DNA from: Octopus bimaculoides
Taxonomy: Eukaryota
Direction: 5' to 3'
NCBI RefSeq assembly: GCF_001194135.2
Contig: NC_068989.1
Coordinates: forward strand, 28,104,521 to 28,160,476
DNA: 55,956 nt
The notes beneath the pieces are model-generated. The model saw only the letters and a program-made list of their open reading frames with translations, was not told the DNA's origin and did not search any database. The translations under genes were made by a program, and so were the position numbers. Shown here piece after piece: positions 13,342 to 26,589 of the stretch. The first letter of the stretch is position 1. The number at the start of each line of letters is the position of its first letter.

Positions 13342-14794
13342 CAGAGAGAGAGAGAGAGACAGAGAGAAATGAAGAGATGGATGGAGAGATGAAAAGATGG
13401 GTAGATACATAGATAATACATATATACATGTACACACACAGCAATTCTCCAAAATGTCATTCCCAAGATTTTATGATATTGATGCAGCTGTTCTACGGTC
13501 AAACAATTTTTGTAAGGTAAATTAAATGAAGGGGGCACAACAAAAAAAAATATTGCGTTATGTTAACATGAATAACGTTATATTATAATATACAGTAATA
13601 TGTGTAGGTAGAACCACAAATAAACATTTAGCATTTAAAATCTGTATTTTCAGAATGCCAAAATAAAAAAAAAAAAGAAATATTTAAATCTTACTCCACC
13701 AGTGCTAGAAAAGGTATACGAATAATTATCTTGTAAGAAAATAAGTAAGCAAACATTTGAAAGTCGAAAGGAAACTATTTTTATATTAAAAGAAATTCAA
13801 AAGGCTATTCTATATTCTCCGACACGAGTGTTGGATCTTTAGCTGCACTTTCTCCAATGCATCTCTTAACGAATTTTCTAATGTAAATTTCGAAGAATTT
13901 TGGCTTGTATTAATGGTTGTATTTTTAAACAAATGCGCTTACATTTCTTGTTGAGTAAAGAAAATTGGAATATCTTCAACATAAGAAAGAATCTTATCTA
14001 TGCACGAATGAAATTTTCTAAAATCTAATTTTGCGGAAAAATCAATGAATTCTCGATTTGCCGTTGAATATCATACTCAAATATCTTTGCCAATATTTAT
14101 CTTTATGTGAGGTCACGGTGGTAAACTTTTGCATAAATCGTTTGAAAATCCGGAAACGTAAATTGAGAGTTACGATTTCAGAATTTTCAGCTTCAATTCA
14201 TAGTAAATTATATTCTTAGTGTTATTTTTTATACTCTACATTTCTATTTCAACATCTTTTTACATACCTATAGTCGAGGACCCTTATTGATATATCATAT
14301 GCTAGTTAAGAATTTGTGAAGCAGTAATTCATTACAGAAGAAATTTTGAGTGGAACAAAGAAAAGATGTCACAAATAACATTGTTTCTGTATATACGACA
14401 TTAACCTAAGTTATTAAATACATTAAGGATCTGAAAGTGGAAGGTATAAGAAATATTTCATGTATGAAATAACATATATACATAAGTGAATAACAAGTTG
14501 ATTGTAAATGTTTAAGGCTTCAAATCTATCACATAAATAGCAGAAAGTTATTTCAACATGCACAAGCATATCAAAATATAAAGTCTGTAAGTAATGAAGA
14601 TGTAATATCAAAGAAAACAGCGTTTTAAATTGAAACGTTAGGAATTTTATGTTGCAGATTGAGTAAAATTTTGAAAACGATCGATAAAAAACAATGTGAA
14701 AGGATTTTTGTGATCTTCCGAGTGGCTTCAAGGTTTATCTCGCGAGTGACAATGTCTGGGGAAACATATATAAAGCATTTAATTTCCTATACAC

Positions 14795-14860
<66 letters not shown>

Positions 14861-15030
14861 NNNNNNNNNNNNNNNNNNNNNNNNNNNNNNNNNNNNNNNN
14901 NNNNNNNNNNNNNNNNNNNNNNNNNNNNNNNNNNNNNNNNNNNNNNNNNNNNNNNNNNNNNNNNNNNNNNNNNNNNNNNNNNNNNNNNNNNNNNNNNNNN
15001 NNNNNNNNNNNNNNNNNNNNNNNNNNNNNN

Positions 15031-15064
<34 letters not shown>

Positions 15065-16099
15065 TATGTACATACATCTATCCTATCCTTTTACCATGTG
15101 GTCTTTGAGGGATCCATTGAATATGTCGCAACCAGACTCCGCGCCATACCTTGGTCTTCTGCTGCTCTATTTGAGTTGCTGAAATTGTAACTCCGCTTAG
15201 CAAATGTAACATATGTAAAGGTGAATAGAAAATATTGAAACTTGTTCCGACTTCCTGTTGGTAAAATATATTTCCTAGAATTTCTATCTTTTATGTATAT
15301 CTCACACAAATATAACATCAACATAAGGATTTGGAATAATCAGATGAACTTCAAAAAACGACAGCTTGTATTTAAATTCTATCTACATAATATGTATGTA
15401 TGTATGTACATATAAGAGTGAGTGGACGAACGTATATCTATACATTGACTAACAGGTGGATTATGTATAAATAATATACGTTCATTTATTTATGAGGGTA
15501 TCTAAATATAGCTACATATACGCGTGCACATGCACGCACTGACACGCAACAATGTGCATCGTCATACACACGGGCACATGTGTGTATATGTATGTGTGCG
15601 TGTGTGTATCTATGAATGTGAATATATGTACTACGGTTGTGTTTGCGTTAGAATATATTCAAATACGTATGTCTGGTTGTACGTATGTGTGTATGTTCGT
15701 TCTCATGTATTTAGATATATGTCGATAAATAGGGAAAAGGAGAGTCATCCTGCTAGAAAGAAATGTATACATTTGACTCCCATAATTGATTATGATATAA
15801 ATACACCAGAAATTTTGAGCATTATTTCAGGCGCTTGAGAGGCCACCTTGAGAATGAGAGAGATTATTTAGTGAAATATTTAATAAATATTATCGTTAGG
15901 AACTTGATAATTTAAGTTGGGCTACTGTATTTATTGGCAAACGTTCATTCTCAGATTGATCGCGATAGTAGTAAGTTTTAATGAATAATGATTAATTTTT
16001 TGGCAAAGTAAAACATAAGAATCTGTCTTGTATGTGAAATAAGAAATAGATCTTAGTGAACTTTTTGGACCTGACACCAGATCTAAAAACTGGTAAATA

Positions 16100-16310
16100 C
16101 TATTCCTACAGACGAGATCGATTTCACGCAAATATATTACCGGAATTTCTTCGTCGTCATATGGACAGATGGAAATTGAAAGACGAAAGTCAATGCTTTA
16201 CTGCGTAATACCCAACTCAACGCAAACAAGTTCTCTATTCCGACCCTAACGTTGCAAGGTCTTACAGACAATTCTTCATCTCCATTATACTCGCCTGACT
16301 TAAATCAAAA
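16100..16310 (+). mobile_element. Highly decayed mariner transposase fragment
   Basis: PLYSPDL motif (CCATTATACTCGCCTGACTTA). The remainder is degenerate. Confidence 0.4.
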
Positions 16311-16567
16311 AAATGAAACACTGGAACGAAATTCAGTACGATCGAGGATAGAATTCTTAATTCTATTCTGTATCGCTATAACCCAATGCACCAGTAATTA
16401 CCTACGGTTTCTATTTTTCTCTCTGCCCCTCTCTCTCTCTCCCTCTCTCTCTCTCCCTCTCTCTCTCCCTCTCTCTCTCTTTCTATCTATTTATTTATAT
16501 ATCCATCTATCCATCTATCTAGCTAGCTAACTATCTAGCTATTCATATACCATTCTTATTTTACAAA

Positions 16568-16776
16568 AAGGGACAGAAACGTTAGCACGTCGGACGAAAT
16601 GCTCAGCGGTATTTCATCTGTCTTAACGTTCTGAGGAGTTCAAATTCCGCCGAGGTCGGATTTGCCTTTCATCCTCTTGTGGGTCGATAAATTAAGTCCC
16701 AGTTGCATACTGGGGCCGATCTAATCGACTTGATTCCTGCCCCAAAACTTCGGGCCTTGCGCCTAGAGTAGAAAAG
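16568..16776 (+). mobile_element. Family A SINE with 16-bp TSD
   Basis: Family A body and tail GGGCCTTGCGCCTAGAGTAGAAAAG. ATTCTTATTTTACAAA at 16552-16567 and 16777-16792. Confidence 0.88.
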
Positions 16777-17389
16777 ATTCTTATTTTACAAACAGCAACA
16801 GTTTTGCATCTTCATTCCAAACTCTGAAGTTCATGATTTTTCTTTGATATGGTTCAGCAGTGAATTCCCGTTGCATTGTACCGTTTATTTACAATTTATT
16901 CTGCTAGTCTCCCGAGCTCCTAGACACATGTCTAGGAGTCAGTCTTCCTTAATAGCTACAGGACTGTTCTCTGTTATTTTTATCACCTTGAAGCAGAAAG
17001 AACCTAGGAGTAGTGATGACGAAGGAGTAACCCCATTCGTACACAAACTCACAACACCACTGTTTGTAATTTAATGTATAGGTCAGGAAAACGGTTCCTA
17101 TATAAGAGGTGAATCTCCTGTTCTGTAAGAGCTAGATCACTCACAGTGTAGATAAATATCTTGCGCCTTTTTTTAAACCAAAGACAGATTTCTTCGTTGC
17201 GATTAAGGTGTAGTACTACTGAGTCTATTCTCAATAATACCACCAGTTTCTAGCTGGAAAGGAAATATTGGATGAATTATTATTAAGTACGGTACGTCTG
17301 GCGAAAAAGATGTTTTTAGTATTTATCTTTTTCTTTGTTTACGCAAGATTCAGAAATTAACAGTCAGGAAGCAATGTTAACTAGAACGC

Positions 17390-18691
17390 CATTTTGAAAT
17401 ACCCAAACGTAGCCGGAAACGTTCTCTGAGGGGCACAGTTCAGGCTTCCGCTACTAGAGGCCGCTTTATGCGACCCTCGGGCATCCGTCTTTGTGTTCGT
17501 CCGTACCGCTATGAGATGCGTCTCTGTTATACAGTGTTTCTCCCCCTGTTTGTCTATTTTAGCGGTAGCTGAAACGAAGAAACAGCGTGCTTTCGTGAAA
17601 TTCTGTTTTCTACTGGAGACAACTGCGGCCAAAACAGTTCTCATGCTTCGAACAGCTTACAAGGACGCTGCCATGAGCAAAACACAAGTTTATGAGTGCT
17701 TTTCAAACTTTAGAAATGGTCATTTGTTGCATGAAGATCAACCTCGTTCAGGGCGACCGACGACCGTCGACCTCCCGAAAGAATGAAAACATCACGAAAA
17801 TTCACGAACTGATCTTGACGGATCGTTGCCGAACAATCGATGGACTCGTTATGACTGGAGTGTCCAAGACACGCCAGCCAATGAATTTTGAGCGAGAAAT
17901 CGCGAATAAAGAGTTACTAGAAAATGTGTGCCTAACTTGCTCACGAAAGATCAAAAGCAGTCACGGGTGAATGCGTGTCTTTAACTGAAAGAACAGTTGC
18001 AAGTTGATTCGGACCTTTTTCCGAAGGTCATCACCGATAACAAAAACTGGTACCACGGCTAGGACCAGGAAATGAAGCAGCAATCAAGCCAATGGAAGCA
18101 TCAAATGTCACCACGACCCTAGAAAGTGCGTCAAGTCAAGTCCAGTGTGAAGACGATGCTGATTTGTTTCATCGATGCGAAAGGAATTGTCCGCACAGTA
18201 TTTGTTCCTCCTAGTCAAGCCGTTAACCAGACATTTTACTTGGCAGTTCTGAAGCGTTTGCGAGACTCAGTGAGACCAAACCGCCCTGACTTGTGGCAAA
18301 GTGGAGAGTGGTAGCTTCATCATAATACACCTTCGCACACCACCTTGAGTGTGAGACAGTTGTTGACCAAAAATGGCACGACCCAATTTACCCACCATCT
18401 CTATTCACCCGATCTTATTCCCTGCAACTTTTTTTTCCTCGACTGAAAAAGGTTCTTAAAGGAAAATATTTTACAGATGTGGAAGGGGTGAAGAAAAAAA
18501 CGTGACAGAGGCGTTAACAGGCATCACTTCGCAAGAGGTCTAGAACTGCTTCGAACAGTGGAACACGCTCCTGGACCGATACATTGCTTCAGATAGAGAA
18601 TATTTTGAAGGCGATAAACGTGTAAACATATAAAACTAATTGAATGAAATAATATTGCAAAATTCCGGTTTCTTTTGGGTAGCCCCTCTTA
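17390..18691 (+). mobile_element. Near full-length dead mariner (Tc1/mariner) transposon
   Basis: Broken frames give AFVKFCFLL..AMSKTQVYECF..EDQPRSGRP, CVPNLL (WVPHEL motif), VITDNKNW, KTMLICFIDAKGIV, FYLAVLKRLRDSV, YSPDLIPCNF. Right TIR ends GGGTAGCCCCTCTTA. Left TIR is degenerate (TACCCAAA..CCGGAA near 17400). About 1.3 kb with multiple stops. Confidence 0.9.
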
Positions 18692-18770
18692 CGTTATCTC
18701 TGTCCATGTATATTTGTAGCAATATAAGACATATCGTATACTAAACAATTGTGAAACGGTTTACATATGC

Positions 18771-18919
<149 letters not shown>

Positions 18920-18961
18920 TCAAATAACTACACTAACATATTTATGTGTTTTAATAGATTA

Positions 18962-19305
18962 AGTAGGCAGTGAGGGTAGAATTGATACAATATCAAACAA
19001 TGTACCTTATTGTATTTATTTCTGCTCTTTACGTTCCAAGTCCAATGTCAACTTTCCTTTACCTGGAGTCGATTGGGTAACGTATGACTGTCCACATTTT
19101 CTCATAAATTCTATATCACAAAGTATTTGAATCAATATCTGTTATAAATCAATGTGAAGACAAAGCTACACTAGCATATGAGGATCTGTGTGAACTATAT
19201 AATAGAAGACTTTCCATTTGCTATCAATATTTAAATAAGGTGGTGCTCCAGCATAGCTGTAGTCAAATGACTGAGACAAGTAAAAGAATAAAAGTATAAA
19301 AGAAA
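18962..19305 (+). mobile_element. Degenerate SINE remnants (family A-like head near 18962-19080, family B 3' tail near 19235-19305)
   Basis: CTTTACGTTCC..GTCAACTTT and GGTGCTCCAGCATAGCTGTAGTCAAATGACTGAGACAAGTAAAAG. Confidence 0.5.
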
Positions 19306-21373
19306 AATGAATGCATCGTGCTTTTCTCTTCGTACTTAGCTATAGATTTTAGCCGTCTTCCTGGCCAGACAAATAATGAGTGGTAAACGAACCATGAGAC
19401 GTCTTGACAATCCCGTTTATTTTTCTTCGTGTGCTAAAAGAAACAACAATTTTATTCATAAATCTATATACATGTCTGTGTATACGTGTGTTTGTGTGTA
19501 GGTGTGTCTGTGTGTGTATTACATCATTGTAAGTACTTGTGTTTGAAACAGCCAGGTGTTATCTACAGCTTCACAACCTACATGATATTATTTTTTATTT
19601 AATACATAATCGACGATTAGACACATTAAACTAGCCATATACAATTTTTTTATTGCGGTAACACAATGATGAATACGTGTAATATGATTATAAAAAGAAT
19701 ATATAGTAGCACAGTTATAGATAAACTAATATACAGTTTCACACCTTCATATCTAGCAAGGAGCTACTAATGTATAAACAGACGATTATACATTAAACAT
19801 TTATATACAACAAGCAGATATTAAATATTTACTTCTTATTAATTTTAGTCGCCAAATTTAAGCAAATGTTCTCATAAATTTCCCATTTTATTTCCCTCAT
19901 GCTTTCCCGATATATTTCAAATTTATATTATCTTGATTAATTAACACCGAAAATGATGAGAAAATTTTTCTTCGTAGAATTACAAAACTGGATCATAATT
20001 TTAAAGTATGTGTTAGTTTTAAAACACAAAATGAAAGAATCAACAAGATAAAAATATCTAATTTTTGTTGTACACTTACTTCTGTAACATTACTAAATAA
20101 CAAGATAGTAGCTAATTTCACTGTACTCGTAACATACATTTTATTTAACAAGGCTTTCTACTGAAAGGAAGTGTGAAATGTTAAATTAATTGATTACACC
20201 TTTCACAGGAAATTGCAAAGTTTCCGAGTTAAAATTGGTGAATTTACAGAATGATGTTAGTCTTCTAATGCTTTTGTAAAGTTATCAAAGTTTTTTCAAA
20301 TATAAAGTGTACTTAGAATAAAGTGACAAAGACACGAGGATAAAAATGTGACTCCGGTATGATCATAATATTCTGAAAAATATTAATGACATAAATATAG
20401 TAAAATTGTTAAAAAATGAACAGGAAGTCAAATCACGATTGCTAAATATTTTATTTGTTAATTTCCCTAGGATAATAATTCCAAGCTGCGGGCAAGATAG
20501 CTTAACGGAGACAAATCTTCACGCACGTGTCATTAGTTTTGGCAGGAAAAAATAAAGTCGGATACTTTTTGAACGTACCTCGTATCTCCTGTTCTTGTTT
20601 TTGTAATTGTTATTTAAAGCTAGACCCACCCTGACCGAACTCTGACGAAATTCTTTCAAATCTTGGCAATCATCTCATTTTAGAGATAGCTTATCCAATA
20701 TATATTTCATTATTTATGACAATAGGATGCGATATGAAGGAAATTCAGCTTCTATTTCTAGCAAGTCAAGCGACGGCGTTGACGCTCTATCGTTAACTCA
20801 GTTCTGTGGGGAGGGGGTGTCTGTGTGTGTGTGTGTGTCCAGTTTTCTGGAATGGAGGCATAAATCTTACACTGAGTTGGAAGATATTAACTGGGAAGAT
20901 TTATACAAAGTGGGCAGATTTAGATTTTCAGAAAATACAGCCGAACACAACACTGTTAACGAATGAATTTCTTGTCAAAGTTTACCACGTGTCCAAAAAG
21001 AAGTCGACTATTAGAATGTAAGTATCTTTTCCAGAGATAGCAGATCATGCCCGACAGAGAATCCGAACCATTAATTTATCGGTCGACTAATCCACCCGTC
21101 CTATCGAACCCCAGAAAAACTGCATTTCAAAACCTAGAAAGAAAAATGTAGACGTTCTCATATTTCGAGTTTGACACCTATGTTGCACCTTGCAACGGTC
21201 TTCAAGTAAATATTTACATCACAGCAGCTGTATCAAAGCTTAGATACCATGTGGGTAAGGATACCTTTCAACGCTTAGTACGGTCAACAGTTAATACCGT
21301 TACTACCACTGCATTATCTTGGTTAACAGATACTGCAACTATCAGTTAATTCTTTGATAGTTTATACGCTTAC

Positions 21374-21489
21374 TACTGCCATGATAGCACCCAAGAACCA
21401 GACTATCATTGACTGTTTTGGCCATCAACGGGTGTTGACGTCTTTCATTTGCAAGATTTGCTTCTAATACGTCTCTATGAGGTCTTGGT
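21374..21489 (-). CDS. Candidate 116-nt internal coding exon, unknown product (PRPHRDVLEANLANERRQHPLMAKTVNDSLVLGCYHGS)
   Basis: Acceptor ATTTCCTTCTACTGCAG, donor GTAAGC, and only one of three frames open. No homolog recognised. Confidence 0.3.
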
Positions 21490-21998
21490 CTGCAGTAGAA
21501 GGAAATTCATTTACAGCTGAATGGACTAGATAAAGGAGAAATGAAGCGCATCGTCAAAGAATTCTTCATCCGATTCGAGAAGTGAACCTAAGATATTATA
21601 CCTAAACCATTAGACACAAACAAGGAATTAAGCTTAACACCAAAACATGGAATAGTCTCTCGGCGGAGTTCCATAAGTCAATCAATTTTCATTGGGAAAA
21701 CTCTAGTCAACTTAGGGCTACGCAAAGTTATATTATAAAGAGTGGTATCGAACGGAAAATCTCGTCGTCACGAAATGAGCTTCCCCACTTTATGTTGAGG
21801 TTTGTCGAAATTAGACTTGTTTAATTCGTTAATATTCCTCCTCAAAATCACTTCAAATCAGTATCAAACTTTGTTTTTGAGTTGATTTGTGATTAAATGT
21901 ATTTCAGCCAATTACTACTTCGCTCTTATTCTCGAGCATTATATATCTAGTAATACATAATCCAGTGTGTCCATCTAATTTTGGCAAGTTAGAGTGTA

Positions 21999-22322
21999 AT
22001 TTCAAGGAAATTTGACTCTGATTTCAGAGAAATCGAGTTATAATAAAAGTAAAACTAATAAGAACCCAAGCATAATTTCTCATTTACGATTAAGAAATTA
22101 TAATATCAGCAATGTGATTGAGATTTCTTCATGGTCACATCTTTCTTCAATAAATTACTAGCTAAATATTTAAAAGGGAATTCAGTCGAACTCATAGATT
22201 ACTGTCTTCATTTAGTTAACAGCAAATCAAAAAATAAAAGATAAAAGAACTCTACCCCAAACAAAGAAACATGAGCATGGTAACTCGATTTCTCTGAAAC
22301 AAGAGTCAAATTTCTTTGAAAT
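21999..22322. mobile_element. MITE-like element with 42-bp terminal inverted repeats
   Basis: 21999-22040 versus 22281-22322 in reverse complement, 3 mismatches. Confidence 0.6.
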
Positions 22323-22330
22323 ATATATTA

Positions 22331-22497
22331 GATGAGCTTCTTTCAGTTTCCGTCTACCAAATCCACCCGCCCACAAACCTTTGGTCGACCCGAGGCTATA
22401 GTAGAAGACACTTGCTCAAGGTGCCACGCAATGGAACTGAACCCGGAACCATGTGATTTAGAAGTAGAGTTCTTAAAACACAGCCACACCTGCGCCT
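22331..22497 (-). mobile_element. tRNA-derived SINE, family B (AGGCGCAGG..GTGGCTGTG head)
   Basis: Reverse complement of the family B copy at 48189-48352, including GCACCTTGAGCAAGTGTCTTCTACTATAGCCTCGG. Confidence 0.85.
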
Positions 22498-22549
22498 GTT
22501 AAATGCAAATTTCAAAACGTTAGTTAAGATATTAACAAAATAAGCTGGC

Positions 22550-23250
22550 ACGAGTCATCCCAGGTAGATCTATCCCCGACAACGTCCATCTCATGCGACA
22601 CAAATCTCTAAGCGGAGAAGAACCTGACAATACAAAGTGGGGGCTCTGATTAATTCAGATCAATCGAAAAATTTTGATAGGGTCTACCATCTATATTTGG
22701 CTGTTATACTTATCGGTAGCTTTTGGCCCCATCTTCCGTAGTTGGATTGCCGTACTGTACAGCAACAGCTGCTCGATCGTTCGGTTGAATGGTCACATAT
22801 CGGAAACATTCATTATCATGCGCTCGGTCCATCAACTTTGGTCCCTCTCGCCTCTTCTGTATGTACTTACTCTAGAGCCACGACAACAGCAATTGGAGAC
22901 ATAGAGGGGAATGAGCGCATATAAGAAATGGGGGCCGTATCAGCATACGCGGATAAGGTCAACGTCATAGTGTCATCACTGCTCTAATGAAATATGAGGC
23001 AGTGACAGAAGCAAAACTCGAGCAAGATAAATCAGTGAGCCTGCAACTCGGCGCCTAGGGAGGTAGGTCCATACCGTCAAATAATATCGTGGGATGCTGG
23101 AAGACGGATCGGTTTCATGTAGCTCCACCTAATACTGTATTGTATCGTTCTGTACTGTCATCGATCTAATGGGAGAACTGGACGAAGAGTTTAGTACGGG
23201 GTTGCTTGGGCGAGACTCAAAGCGGATGATGTGAGTAGGAAAGTGGTTTT
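22550..23250 (+). mobile_element. L1/Tx1-clade LINE reverse transcriptase remnant
   Basis: IPGRSIPDNVHLMR..DQSK.FDRV..FGPIFRSWIAVLYSN..VRLNGHISETF.I.RSVHQ..LSPLLYVLTLEP..VSAYADK (YADD motif decayed), with frameshifts. Confidence 0.85.
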
Positions 23251-24624
23251 GCATGTTGTCTAAGTGTATTACATATTTTCTTCGTTCAACGAATCAGAAT
23301 CTCTTATAGTATTGAAGGAAAAGAAACAAAAGTAGGAAATAGTAGTTGAGTGAAGTAAGTGAGGTGGTTTGGTGAATGAAGGTATTCGTTTTATTCCAGT
23401 CCTCTTACTAATACAGTGAAATGCTTATGAATGTTGGGGCGTATCGTTTCACCTTTTCTATAAATCATGTATATTTTATCTCTACTTTAGAAAACAATTT
23501 ACAACTAATATTACTCAATAAAAAGAGAAAGAAACAGTCATAAAAACGAAGACAATTGTTTTGTATTAATAGTTTTCCGTTGTCTCAAGTACAAGTTTTT
23601 GTGAGGGTATTCAATCAAATCCATACATTACTGGCTTTTATCAAATAATCAACGAGTCGACGTGGTAATTCGTTTGAAATTTTAGCCAAATCTCCTTGAA
23701 GTTATACTTTAAGGTTCCATAAGCAGACAACCGCCTTGGATAAGGGATCATGTAGCCCTAGTTACGTAATACGTGAGAAAAGGAGTGGGATAGTAACGAC
23801 TGAAATAGATTTAATTATAGGGCTTTTCAACAAACAAAAATGATGTTTTATCCTGCAATGTAGCAGGTGTGAACTGGAAACTCGAAGTTTTGAGAGAATG
23901 AAACTGATGCTACGCTGTGTCAAGATTACAGCTCTACTGACTTCGCTACTACAACTATAAATATTAGCTACTACAATTAAGTGCAATTCTCTGTGACATA
24001 ACCATTTTCTCTAAAACTGTATCTACTTAATACTCAGTTTTGATGTAAAGAAAGCTCAATACAGTACCATTACGCAAATAACTAATGTATTGTTTTGGAA
24101 CTAGTTTTAAGATATTTATCTCTTTAGAGAACTGTTATAATTAAAATTTTGAGCCAGACAGACGTAAGATAATTTCTTAATCGAGAAATTGGTCTGAAAT
24201 TTTTTTATATATAACGTTGCGTGATAACTTTATATCACTTATCTCTTAATTAGAGTTCTTATCTTTTCTGCGTTCGAAACACTGAGCTATGTTTATAAGG
24301 TCTCAACTCTTAGGCGGTGATGGTATATTAGTATATTTTTATTTTGAAGAGCTAAATAAGAGAACTATTTTTTAAAGTAATGTTTTAATCGCTGAATAGT
24401 GTATTTTATAATAAATAAGAGAATATAACAGAAAAAAGTATATAATAAAAGTAATCTCATTTACGATTAAGAAATTATAATATCAACAATATGATTGAGA
24501 TTTCTTCATGGGCACATCTTTCTTCAATAAATTACTAGCTAAATATTTGTATGTGTGTGTGTGCGTGTGTGTGCGTGTGTGTAAGTGTGTGTGTGTATGT
24601 GTGTAAGTGTGTGTGTGTGTCATT

Positions 24625-25255
24625 ATTCAGTTTTATTTCAAGATTTCTTGCCAAAAGAGAAAGAGCCGGTTTATAACCTAGATCCAAGGCTCCTTCATTG
24701 GAATTTCAACATCAACAGGTTATTTTCGTGTGTATGTATTTAAGTATACGTGCAGATTCGTATGTTTTGGATTATGTGTATATTCTCATGCATATACGTG
24801 CATATTTAGACAGGCTTACATAAATGATAAACTTCTGCAATGTTCCAGTGATGGATTGGATCCATACAGTTCCAGTGAATGATTGGATCTGTAGTCTTTG
24901 AATCAGATTTCTCCTTTCTGTTTTTCATAAGCCTAATTTCTCAAGATTGGTATTTAGGCAGTGTGTTACATATCCCAGTTCCCCAATATTTGCAGATATA
25001 AACCTGAACTTGCAACCAGATTAAAATAACTGCAGATTTCTCAATAGCTCAGCGTAGATAGTCTCTTTTACACTGATCTCCAGCTTTATGTTAACATCCA
25101 CTGGGCAGCTAATTTCCATAACTGTAAACAGTTTCTCTTCTCTATCCCAAATCATTATATTAGGTCTGTTGTATTTACGCTTTATTGAGGTCTTCACTGG
25201 GATATTCCACCAGTACCCCTTTTTATTATGAGTTGCTTTGATTTCTACCATACTG
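24625..25255 (-). mobile_element. Third R4-like RLE family, 5'-truncated 3' end flanked by CA/TACA microsatellites
   Basis: WWNIPVKTSIK.KYNRPNIMIWDREEK..MEISCPVDVNI..KE..YAELLRNLQ, then IGELGYVTHCLNTNLEKLG. This is a PD-(D/E)xK-type RLE, followed by a 3' UTR. Confidence 0.8.
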
Positions 25256-25612
25256 GCGTAAGTAAGTATGTTTGTATGTATGTATGTATGTATGTATGTA
25301 TGTATGTATGTATGTATGTGCGTGTCTTTCTGTCTGTGTAGATCTCAAAGTCGTCAAAAGTAGGAGCTAGATTCTGTGTGTCGTTGTTGTTATTGTTTCT
25401 GCTTCTGTTGGATTTCCATTTGAAGGTTGAACGTAAAGAACTCAGAGATAGTTCTGACTTCCTCCTCCAACTCACTGAACAGGGTAAAAACAAACAAACA
25501 AGACCTATGCAATACTGGTGGCTTCAATAAGCGTTTTGTAACAAAATTAAACAATTAATGACTCTTGAAGAACAAATATACCAATAAACTTGCGAGCGTC
25601 CAGCCACTACTA

Positions 25613-25624
25613 CTACTAATAATG

Positions 25625-25693
<69 letters not shown>

Positions 25694-25695
25694 TT
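25613..25695. repeat. (AAT)n microsatellite
   Basis: Direct inspection. Confidence 0.97.
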
Positions 25696-26589
25696 ACTAC
25701 TAATGAAACCCTAGATACCTCTAATATTGTCATAGCAAGCGGGATCGTAGGTCTGCTTGTTTAGGGCTGATCTGTGATAAATCAAGAGCAAAAGCAATAT
25801 CGATTTAGCCAACAAAAAAGCATTTATGCTAATGTCTTGATATGCCAAAAATAAAAATCAATTTTTTCTTAAATCGCTCTCCACCGTTTTAAGAAACTCA
25901 AGAACAAATGACACATGCAGCCCGAGAAAACAGGAAAATCTATGGCTTCACAGCCTTTGAACGTATTTGTTTTTCAATCAGAGCTTACTTAGGAATGAAC
26001 ACCAACAATGAGTGTCAATAATTTAATTTCTTGTTCATCTCCTCCGCCAGTAATCAGGTAATGAAATACCAGAAAACAAAGAAGAGTAGAAATATGGTTA
26101 TAAAGACGAAATTATTTATTCAGTCCTTGGCTTAATTTCATTAGAGTTTATATTGGAAATGTGTAATAGTCTGAGGTATATTAGATACATTTGGCATGTG
26201 CAAATTTTAGTCTTTGAACAACGGTCATGTTTTATACTGGTTTCAAATGTATAGTTTGTTACATGACGGCCGGCACTTAATTTACCGGCTGATATTATTT
26301 TAGCCATCTCGAAACAAACACCACAAAATATTGTGATTTACCTGTTTTTCTGGACCCCATCCCCATTATTGGGGGTGGGTATTGATGAAGCGTGGGTACA
26401 TTGGGGTAATCAGTAGTATATTGTATGAGCACACTCGCTGTCTAGATACAATATGTGATCAATGTAAAATGTGAGTGGAGAGGTACAATGTAAAGAATGA
26501 AGGATGGATGTCAAGTGAAAACTGGTATAACAGAAAAAATTAATTAAATATGCAGTTCTGTTCTCATTTAATTATAGTAGGAGACTACT

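Noticed and set aside
16917-16938. 10-bp inverted repeat CTCCTAGACA-CA-TGTCTAGGAG
   Set aside because: One such palindrome is roughly expected by chance in 56 kb, and there is no supporting context.
20727-20966. 79-aa ORF with a plausible acceptor
   Set aside because: It overlaps a dispersed repeat motif (ATTTCTAGCA..) also seen in reverse near 11220-11250 and 50530-50570, then runs through (TG)n.
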